A stretch of DNA of 64,000 bases from an uncultured Gammaproteobacteria bacterium (lineage in GTDB: Bacteria; Patescibacteriota; Patescibacteriia; Magasanikbacterales; JBBTQS01), in the NCBI GenBank assembly GCA_965230935.1, contig OZ246400.1, positions 438,359 to 502,358 on the forward strand. Reading direction: 5' to 3'. The notes beneath the pieces were generated by a model. The model saw only the letters and a program-made list of their open reading frames with translations. It was not told where the DNA came from and made no database searches. The position numbers and the translations under genes are program-made. How positions within the stretch are numbered: position 1 is the stretch's first letter; each line of letters begins with the position of its first letter. Shown here piece by piece: positions 58,401 to 64,000 of the stretch.

Positions 58401-60782
58401 TACACAGTGTTGTAAATCAGTATAGTACTCAACCTTCTCTCCTCCACTCTCTGCTGAGTCTAAATTCGTAAAACTAGTACACCCAACTGACTCTGCAGCG
58501 CAGGCTACAGCAGTCTCAGGAATAAAGTAATCAATCTCCTCAAGCGGATGGAGAGATGATGCGCTTTGGGCAAATTGCGCATACCCAACACACTCCGCAT
58601 CACAGACATTATTTTGTGATGCAATTGCCGGGACGTCAGGATCGCCATTTGCCGGGGTATACATAGAACATCCCACATCAGCTAAGGTACACAATTGTGC
58701 ATAATCCCCACACTCAAATGGATCAGTGAGTGGATCGCCGGTACATCCAAGATAGTCCGGCGGAATACGCAAATAATTAATGTTGTCCCCTAGCCCCTGT
58801 TGTAAGGCAGTACACCCGGCAGCAGCCTCACTACACGTCCCCACATCTTTATTAAAGAAAATTTGCTTGCCGGCAGTATCCCAACTACCAGACTCAACTT
58901 GATCAGTAAAGTACCCGCGACAACCAACATTTGCCTCAGTACAATACTCATTATTGATGGTACTTGCCAAGTACGATACATTGGCACCGGAGCGAGCCGT
59001 TAAATTGGTACATGATTCATAGTATGCCGGACAACTATTTCCTTTGAAATCCCACGCATTTTTCTCTCGCAAACAATATCCCCATGCACCAACGCACTCG
59101 CCATTTTCATTGGTAACCACACAGGTCGGATCATCAACACAGGCTTCTTGTCTAACAGCCCCGCGATCTGATTGCAATACCGGCCCATATACTTTGGCGC
59201 GACATTGCATCAGAGGAGCAATCAACAACCAATCCGGATCAATCAAGTGACAATATGGATGATTATCATCAGCTACTCCGTCCGGGAAACTTGAGTCGTC
59301 ATAATTACAATCATCAAAACCATCGACGACTGTCTGGAGTGAGACTCCAGCGATTGGCGCCTCAAGTGCTGCGATTTCCCACCCAATTGGCAAAATACGT
59401 GCGCGACGAAGTTTTACTAAATTACTATAACAATACGCCTCGGACCAACAAGAGTTCTGGGAATTTTGCGCAGAATTTGGCGGGAGGAGCAGCCAATCGC
59501 CGTGAATCAAATCTTGTTCTATTGCTTGGGCAACCGTCATTGCTGACTGACTCAAATCAGCTCGAATGGCCTGGGCAAATTTTTCATCAATTGTACAGTT
59601 ATTCTGTTGTGGAAATTCGTCAGGACACGCCAAAAACTCAGTTACAATATCAACACTATTTACACTTTTAACTTCAGCCGTATAAATGTCTGCATACGTT
59701 GCTTCAAATGCTTGCTTTCCTGCTGACGGTTGTGAAAACTGATTAAATGCCAAAGATGATGCTGCAGGAGCTGCTGGAACTGGAGTCTGTCCTTTGGTAA
59801 ACCACTGCTCAATCAACTTATCAGCCAATGTACTTAAAAATGTCCCGGCAATTGAGGCAACAATCCCTTCACCACTGGCGACAAATGCATTAAAGGTGTC
59901 ATTCTGACGCTCATTAGCCGCTTTTGGACCGGAGATCGATGCGGTTTCTTCAACTGATGCCGCTGGTGTCACCACTCGTTCGGAAACTTGATCAGTCACT
60001 GGCTTAAATGAATTGCTTGCCCGTCGTGTAAGTTCTGCTTCTTTTTGCGCATTGAGCACATCAAGCTGTGCTTGGAATTGTGTAAAGTTAGAAAGACTCA
60101 AGTCATTGGAAAGCGGATCAAATGCTTTTTTGTACTCTGCCAAAAAGACACTTGGCTCGTTTTCTTCTGCAAAGGTCTCCCAATTATCGATAATGTCACG
60201 AAAATCACATCGTTGTTGTAACTTGGTTTCACTTGGAGTACCAAAACCACTACCACCTCCCCCACCTAAAATATTCCCCACTTCAAAACCACTAAACAGT
60301 GCCGCTGGAATACCATAAAGCAGATACGGCGCATCCGGAGAACATAGACTTAATCGCCGTGTTGAACCATCTGAAAACTCACCCAAAAAACTATCTCCGA
60401 TTGACTCGACCGCTTCACCTGCTGCACCATAGGCAGCATTTTCCAAATACTCACCCCAATCTACTTCAAACGCCAATGGTGTTTGTCCCCACTCACCAGT
60501 AGCAATATAGGTTGCGGTATCAGCAGCCAACTTATTTCCATATTGTGATGCTAAGTTGACCAGTGCAACCGTTCCGGCTTGCAATAAGAATTCAGCAATG
60601 TTTGTGACTACTCGTTCCCAAATATTGTTTCCTACGGTGATTCCCTCAAGCACCGGCGCGGTAACTGCAAATTGCGCATGTGCTGGTTGTGCCGGAACCA
60701 TGCCCATCACGGTGAGTGCAACCGCAAAAACACCAAGCAGTGTTTTCTTTATCCATGACGATTGTGAACGTGGTGTATGCAT
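52404..60782 (-). CDS. Giant (2792 aa) secreted cysteine-rich cell-surface protein (adhesin/pilus-like candidate) of the T4SS-like operon
   Basis: signal peptide MHTPRSQSSWIKKTLLGVFAVALTVMGMVPAQPAHAQ; very high Cys content throughout; single uninterrupted ORF. Confidence 0.55.
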   Translation of the reverse strand: MHTPRSQSSWIKKTLLGVFAVALTVMGMVPAQPAHAQFAVTAPVLEGITVGNNIWERVVTNIAEFLLQAGTVALVNLASQYGNKLAADTATYIATGEWGQTPLAFEVDWGEYLENAAYGAAGEAVESIGDSFLGEFSDGSTRRLSLCSPDAPYLLYGIPAALFSGFEVGNILGGGGGSGFGTPSETKLQQRCDFRDIIDNWETFAEENEPSVFLAEYKKAFDPLSNDLSLSNFTQFQAQLDVLNAQKEAELTRRASNSFKPVTDQVSERVVTPAASVEETASISGPKAANERQNDTFNAFVASGEGIVASIAGTFLSTLADKLIEQWFTKGQTPVPAAPAASSLAFNQFSQPSAGKQAFEATYADIYTAEVKSVNSVDIVTEFLACPDEFPQQNNCTIDEKFAQAIRADLSQSAMTVAQAIEQDLIHGDWLLLPPNSAQNSQNSCWSEAYCYSNLVKLRRARILPIGWEIAALEAPIAGVSLQTVVDGFDDCNYDDSSFPDGVADDNHPYCHLIDPDWLLIAPLMQCRAKVYGPVLQSDRGAVRQEACVDDPTCVVTNENGECVGAWGYCLREKNAWDFKGNSCPAYYESCTNLTARSGANVSYLASTINNEYCTEANVGCRGYFTDQVESGSWDTAGKQIFFNKDVGTCSEAAAGCTALQQGLGDNINYLRIPPDYLGCTGDPLTDPFECGDYAQLCTLADVGCSMYTPANGDPDVPAIASQNNVCDAECVGYAQFAQSASSLHPLEEIDYFIPETAVACAAESVGCTSFTNLDSAESGGEKVEYYTDLQHCVKPADVGPDGHDLFYTWEGSDTVGFQLKSFDFVLDADAPKYLTDDAAVLAEFASTCNATIYANRDTDPNYNPDCRELFGSEGDAYYRFISQLIIVSDSCAPLRRNEAIAADVCTETGGTVSLDGACLYKALPSMSHKCDAGENLCREYTGAASASGNIIYEVDFEGGAGVIDWENASLSTEAVTVGDHALEGGATGIVSPRFVLQHANAYTITFWGKGASGVSFDLELEDKAGQVISGSSGAHSASLDAVWRQYTVGPITVDNTQVVTGRMLLNAVGGGEPTYFIDKLFVKEANGVHYLIKDSWNTPVACDSNPNDNLPGVALGCQQYSTELGEQQFLTGFNRVCREEVVGCQAFINTQNSASVSSQVFNDGIDPQTNTSNPEDDVVVPEDQAIYVVNNPEFACVAEQKGCQAFGETKANGSVDTIYLNNLPDQYVTQMCKVFENGCDSYSNQTQTFYFKDPGPNRCTYQEKVVMPDGTTRDGWFKSVTDSGQPEPCYDGYVEAGNVFGIWKNGDALYDGTVGECKSIYGGCTAFVDRNDVSDSMPLGKPYYFLNDEALDATSCAGQVSLEDGCVLFDDTANLTKKWSTQMTYAASAQNNGNPVAPQPHEPLASSDLGATFNGTPIECAEYLDLSGGCPQVKQYAPGAIDINDFVWVADSNCEPKFQACWEKLTEVKVTTVETFTPTAVGDLIGGAGDEVTFGVRCTESVKSGVVDFCEAQAGYKAVFDGAEQVTGLQAYNATAQLCRDYLDAATQDTLPDNFYELEGVLERILFKSRTKCGVNNSNIILKVNRDRVCSEWLSCKSSFKAWDNRAGEERDVCTNVGVCAEWKGDQTSGECTRWVEKKNDTYNQILTKALYTGRDTSWAAADYSGYSIFNKFQAADLEPVVVDALKNEVSMGFRHKNAANLGASGSCAGQSDGTACSYNLPLDGQPNLPVNGYCYSGRCVIGINAEAEDLVAQSCRMYPEEDSPFPPSVVVSYSQAGDAIEKFTSHQNVNTCQKFDANGNLQACNACAYQKASFGAKNSAPRYYDLTGVLPVGVCSGGFSPDEQSRDGQACDHKSDCTDDRGGFEHDSDREHGTCRYLKSTQKVFGAQGYCLEEDLSTSVNANQFTHACQTWYPATLLSGSSDIFNQYDEAGYQLPVGQGGQYYCVESSGNAWRAGAHRDWNDFTYVAGSVFDAKDDYGGELVYETHVKTSNPEYKNAGNRPYLNSASYKMVVNHLGWGSPGGLPRKFNLGACGTDCYSRVHADDEDHPTYYSGILDDANLRFEDVERVEIYIDPESRVARGGSSHDYLPTDTPMAIFTDGRFNGVHEEGSGPVAPGRWMSQMVVVDDADLIPDGDEWDWEEDKTIRLRWFWENDYVFTMDETILKTKMHPNAHANVGKGFCPTGDPDWHRMLVDVVFDANTGKLTAIEHRMCDAGNGDANVNFAVIFYLREYCTEVAQVYDPEAPLSTDSDNKTNLAWTDRVNSYSTFWLGPPAVLDVGAFGPSYSFDQDFLPFGSAHATSPPIKDLSESGPPQLVQTTPHPALSSLEYAVPWYVATDSTEVIQGAGLEYLNAGSPLSCQNNYTHNIDNSMFVDGDKRTMAFVQDRDSCRASMCIGGEHHGAFCNSQEQCPPKTLETMDGMLIVDSGVCMGIPLGDANTDVHIGRVDLDKLGPTNDDAPESGTIEKADARQMLQNIFARVYNVWTWQDNKYVQTNPSSVVDPFLARKIVSNENGFLNHGISNEAIGQGGPKTPIHPPRVNAVICTASGCQKGDDKAVGVNGQEKGFIVSNGSSMVASVEFYADVADNQMPITEMAVKWNSDYEENGNIIYADVDRFAGKYKNRVPSCSDEGDKFGAHPDACSDGFYQFIHYYSFGDCAGEGAGTSNTGLVDDQNDGLYVVGSGDVPYIENPDGSQTPIAFEPEKYGFLTGDRYCAFRPRVQIMDNWNWCNAKGAGSDMEWNQSGISHNGSTGAWQEVAANPDKGDCKDPKNFNYASAHFEGLIIVKEEK

Positions 60783-60785
60783 AGC

Positions 60786-61523
60786 TTACTGTGACTGGAG
60801 TACTGCTTGTTGAAGCAATTGAAATACCTCTTCATCTGAAAGAGCGGCGACCTCTGCTGGATCCATACCTGATTCAACTAAAATCTTACGAACATCAGCA
60901 ATGGTCTGCGTGCTATCTTGCCCGGCGATCGAACCACTCACCAAACCGCCAGGGCTCGCTGTTGGACTCTCGGCAATCGTCTCGTTGTACAACTCAAGCA
61001 GTTGCGCATCATCAACACTATCTAGAATCTCATCACTGACGCCAGCATCGCGAAGCGCGGCGCGAAGCCCAAGTACATCCACACCAGCAGCACTCTCACT
61101 CACTGATGACTCAGGAGCATACGCATCTGCTTCGGCACTGGGCAAAAACCCGAAACAGGTTTCGCCCTTTGGACAGTTTGGATTTTCTCCGTCAGCAATC
61201 TCTTTGGCATCGCTCTCTCCATCTGAATCTGAGTCCGTAAGATAGGGACTGGTCTTATACAAATTGATCTCATCAAAATCTGATAGCCCATCCTTATCGG
61301 TGTCCTCGGCTTTGAGAATTGCTTCGATCTCATCGGCTTCAAGTCGGGACAAATCAAACTCTGCTGATGATGGCGTAGCTGGTTCTTGCGGGCCATAAAA
61401 AATTCGAGACTTGATTTGAGAAAATCCTAAAAAGAGCGCAGAGATACCAAACAACGCGAGCACCATCGCGCTTATTCTCTCATATCGCGATAACCGCCCA
61501 ATTGCTGAGCGAAATTCTTGCAT
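60786..61523 (-). CDS. TM-anchored acidic protein with thrombospondin-type-3-like Ca-binding repeats (DTDKDGLSDFDE, DSDSDGESD), first gene of operon
   Basis: N-terminal TM ISAMVLALFGISALFLGF; DxDxDG motifs; stop 4 nt before giant gene start. Confidence 0.45.
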   Translation of the reverse strand: MQEFRSAIGRLSRYERISAMVLALFGISALFLGFSQIKSRIFYGPQEPATPSSAEFDLSRLEADEIEAILKAEDTDKDGLSDFDEINLYKTSPYLTDSDSDGESDAKEIADGENPNCPKGETCFGFLPSAEADAYAPESSVSESAAGVDVLGLRAALRDAGVSDEILDSVDDAQLLELYNETIAESPTASPGGLVSGSIAGQDSTQTIADVRKILVESGMDPAEVAALSDEEVFQLLQQAVLQSQ

Positions 61524-61534
61524 GAGCGTTGTGG

Positions 61535-62347
61535 TTAGTGCGCTAAGTATACCACAATTTTACACCAATCTGCGAGGGAAAGTTCTTGTGGACGAATTGA
61601 GAAGATGAGACCGGCGTTTTCAAATGCCGCTTCAAGTGTTTTTCTGGGGGCAACACCGGCTTTTGCGAGTGTGCTAAGGAGCTGCTTTCGCTTATGTAAA
61701 AATCCAATTTTTGCCAGTTGATGAACCGCAGCAAATTCCTTTTGATCAATAGGATTACATTCAAGCGCAAGTACTTTGGAATCAATTTCCGGCTGTGGCC
61801 AAAACGACTGTGGGGTGCTGGTCAGTACGGCAGTGAGTTTCCCAAGCATTTGCATGGTGATTGCTAACAGATTCATCTGAGGCGGATGGGCAAGCATGCG
61901 GTCGGCCACTTCTTTTTGTACCATGAGTACTGCGCGAGTAGGTCGTGGGCCGCGTTGCAAAAAATGTTCAATCAATGGAGAGGTAATGTTGTATGGGAGA
62001 TTGCCCACCAAGATATATTGATCGGGAATGTGTTTGGCAATATCAAAACGAAGTGCATCTTGATTGTGCAAAACAAAATTCTGGTGCCCTTCTACTGTAT
62101 CGCTAAGGTACTGCGCTAACTTTCGATCTTTCTCAATCGCAATCACCGTGGCGCCACTGGCGATAAGTACACCGGTCAAGGCGCCAAATCCCGGACCAAT
62201 CTCAACCACGGTATCCTTAGCAGAAATCTGTGCAGCATCTACAATCGCCTGCACTACACGATCATCAACTAAAAAATTCTGGCCCATCTTTTTGGTCGGC
62301 CGCACACCATATTGCTCACTTAATGCTTTGACCTCGCTGGACTTCAT
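61535..62347 (-). CDS. rsmA: 16S rRNA (adenine1518/1519-N6)-dimethyltransferase RsmA/KsgA
   Basis: GQNFL, EIGPGFGALT, NLPYNI motifs; 270 aa. Confidence 0.85.
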   Translation of the reverse strand: MKSSEVKALSEQYGVRPTKKMGQNFLVDDRVVQAIVDAAQISAKDTVVEIGPGFGALTGVLIASGATVIAIEKDRKLAQYLSDTVEGHQNFVLHNQDALRFDIAKHIPDQYILVGNLPYNITSPLIEHFLQRGPRPTRAVLMVQKEVADRMLAHPPQMNLLAITMQMLGKLTAVLTSTPQSFWPQPEIDSKVLALECNPIDQKEFAAVHQLAKIGFLHKRKQLLSTLAKAGVAPRKTLEAAFENAGLIFSIRPQELSLADWCKIVVYLAH

Positions 62348-62934
62348 ACCACAACGCTCCCTTGCCGCAGAACATCAATCTTCTTATCTCGCACCCGCAC
62401 AATGGTGGTTGATGGGATCATCTCAAGTTCACCAGCATCAAGGTAGGCAGCAATCGCCACATCAGCAAACTGTCGCTGAACACCATCAATGGTGTAACAA
62501 CTTGGCTTGTTTGAAATGTTAGCGCTGGTGGAGATAATCGGCTTACCAAGTGCAGCGCATAGTGCTTGGGCAATTGGTGATCCAGATACCCGTAGCGCGA
62601 TAGAACCATCATCGGCAATCACATGCGGCGAGATGCCGGTACCTTTTTTGGCCGGCAATACCAATGTCAATGGACCTGGCCAATGTGCATCAATGATCTT
62701 TTGCGCTGACGCGCTGATATTAACAATTTGTTTTGCCATGGCAAGATTAGCGACAATAACCGGCAACGTAACTCCTTCTGATCGTTGTTTTGCGGCAAAA
62801 ACTTTTTGTACTGCTTCGTGATTAAACGCATTTGCTCCAAGACCATACGAGGTCTCGGTTGGATACACCACCAATTCCCCGGCACTCAAGTGCGCCGCAG
62901 CATTGACAATGTCTTGCTGTTGGATATCAGTCAT
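62344..62934 (-). CDS. tsaC: L-threonylcarbamoyladenylate synthase, YrdC/TsaC family
   Basis: VVYPTETSYGLGANAF YrdC signature; 196 aa; 4-nt overlap with rsmA. Confidence 0.75.
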   Translation of the reverse strand: MTDIQQQDIVNAAAHLSAGELVVYPTETSYGLGANAFNHEAVQKVFAAKQRSEGVTLPVIVANLAMAKQIVNISASAQKIIDAHWPGPLTLVLPAKKGTGISPHVIADDGSIALRVSGSPIAQALCAALGKPIISTSANISNKPSCYTIDGVQRQFADVAIAAYLDAGELEMIPSTTIVRVRDKKIDVLRQGSVVV

Positions 62935-62938
62935 AGGA

Positions 62939-64000
62939 TTATAAATTTGTATTTTTGTTTTCTTGTGCGGCTGTCCACTTCAGATAGTGTTCGACAAATT
63001 GATCAAGCTTTCCATCAAGTACCGCTTGTGTATCTGCAGTTTCATACTCTGTGCGGTGATCTTTAACGAGCTGATACGGATGCAGCACATACGAGCGCGC
63101 CTGATTCCCCCATTGGGCACTTTGATATTCGCCACGCAACATTTCTTTTTCTTCTTGAAGTTGTTGTTGTTGCAACTGGTGTAATCGCGAGCGCAAAATC
63201 TTCATTGCGGTTTCTTTATTCTGGGTTTGTGAACGTTCGTTTTGGCAGGTGACGGTAATCCCAGTGGGTTCATGAACAATGCGCACCGCTGAATAGGTAG
63301 TATTTACTGACTGACCACCATGCCCACCACTCATATACGTATCGATGCGTAAATCTTTTGGATCAATCTCTACCGTGGTGTGTTCTGTCAGCTCCGGAAG
63401 AACCTCGACCAATGCAAATGAGGTGTGGCGCATTTTTTCAGCGTCGAATGGAGAGATGCGTACCAGCCGATGCACTCCATGCTCACTTTTTAAATATCCA
63501 TACGCATAGTCCCCATGGACATGCACCACCACACTTTTAATTCCGGCTTCATTGCCCCGAGACTCAGAGATGATTTTCATTTTCCAGTCATGAGCCTCAA
63601 CATACCGACTATACATGCGCAGCAACATCTGCGCCCAATCTTGTGCCTCAGTTCCACCAGCTCCTGCATGAATCGCTACAATAGCATTGCTGCGATCATG
63701 TTCAGCGGAGAGGAGTACTTGAAATTCAAATTTTTCAAAACGCGTGACGATATCATGATACTGCTTTGCAACATCATCTTTGAGGGTATGCACATCGTCT
63801 TCTGAACTTTCGTTGATAAAGGCGATCAACGAGCCGACTTCTTCTTGAAGTGCGCTCCATTGACTTACCTCTTGGCTTAAACCGGCATGTTGTTGAGAGA
63901 CCTCTTGTGCTTCTTGGGCATTATCCCAAAACGTTGGTTCTTGCATTTGCACCTCAAGCGCATGCATATGTGCAGTCTTTTTTTCCACATCAATAATCTG
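62939..64000 (-). CDS. prfB: Peptide chain release factor 2 (partial; N-terminus and presumed programmed +1 frameshift site lie beyond window end)
   Basis: SPF tripeptide motif and GGQ (SGGHGGQSVNTT); reading frame stays open upstream of listed GTG start to position 64000. Confidence 0.8.
   Translation of the reverse strand, partial: QIIDVEKKTAHMHALEVQMQEPTFWDNAQEAQEVSQQHAGLSQEVSQWSALQEEVGSLIAFINESSEDDVHTLKDDVAKQYHDIVTRFEKFEFQVLLSAEHDRSNAIVAIHAGAGGTEAQDWAQMLLRMYSRYVEAHDWKMKIISESRGNEAGIKSVVVHVHGDYAYGYLKSEHGVHRLVRISPFDAEKMRHTSFALVEVLPELTEHTTVEIDPKDLRIDTYMSGGHGGQSVNTTYSAVRIVHEPTGITVTCQNERSQTQNKETAMKILRSRLHQLQQQQLQEEKEMLRGEYQSAQWGNQARSYVLHPYQLVKDHRTEYETADTQAVLDGKLDQFVEHYLKWTAAQENKNTNL

Noticed and set aside
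1-64000. Integrase/transposase/relaxase search near islands and tRNA genes
   Set aside because: No ORF shows recombinase (R..H..R..Y), DDE transposase or relaxase motifs by eye; islands therefore not called mobile_element features

Overview
This window is a low-GC (about 45% by eye, not computed) compact bacterial genome segment. Its gene content and architecture look like a small-genome, Gram-positive-type / Patescibacteria(CPR)-like organism; that lineage call is inference only.

Recognisable housekeeping genes: nrnA-like DHH phosphoesterase, clpP, Hsp20, tsaD, dnaE, pheT/pheS, rseP, a MurD-like ligase, phosphomannomutase/phosphoglucomutase, LemA, htpX, clpC-type ATPase, radA, recG, comF, rsmA (ksgA), tsaC and prfB (partial at the right edge). 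There are four tRNAs: tRNA-Glu (TTC), tRNA-Arg (GCG by my fold) and tRNA-Ser (TGA) plus tRNA-Ser (GCT) adjacent to each other.

Three things stand out.

1. Compact minus-strand operon (40222..61523) encoding a minimal type IV secretion-like machine. It contains a VirB4 ATPase, a VirB3/PrgI-like 2-TM protein, a VirB6/PrgH-like polytopic protein, a 2792-aa cysteine-rich secreted giant protein and a Ca-binding-repeat anchor protein. Its last gene is translationally coupled to comF. No relaxase or VirD4 is visible.

2. Plus-strand extracellular cluster (26373..33586): two paralogous TM-anchored PD40-like beta-propellers bracketing a DsbA-like oxidoreductase and two large peptidoglycan hydrolases. 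One hydrolase carries an Amidase_2/PGRP-like domain and the other an esterase-like plus CHAP/NlpC-P60-like domain. The two hydrolases share a conserved two-helix membrane-hairpin module.

3. At least seven short high-GC (about 60-65%) patches inserted in intergenic positions. Many carry strong SD sites, 1-nt TGATG-coupled small genes and a shared CA-rich tract plus GC-hairpin terminator 3' architecture. One 3.2-kb island sits inside the T4SS-like operon and contains a perfect 425-bp direct repeat encoding a duplicated lipoprotein C-terminal domain.

Also notable: a nested-hairpin structured element with a UUCG tetraloop after tRNA-Arg, and a tRNA-Ser 5'-fragment duplication.

No CRISPR array, rRNA, integrase or transposase was recognised.
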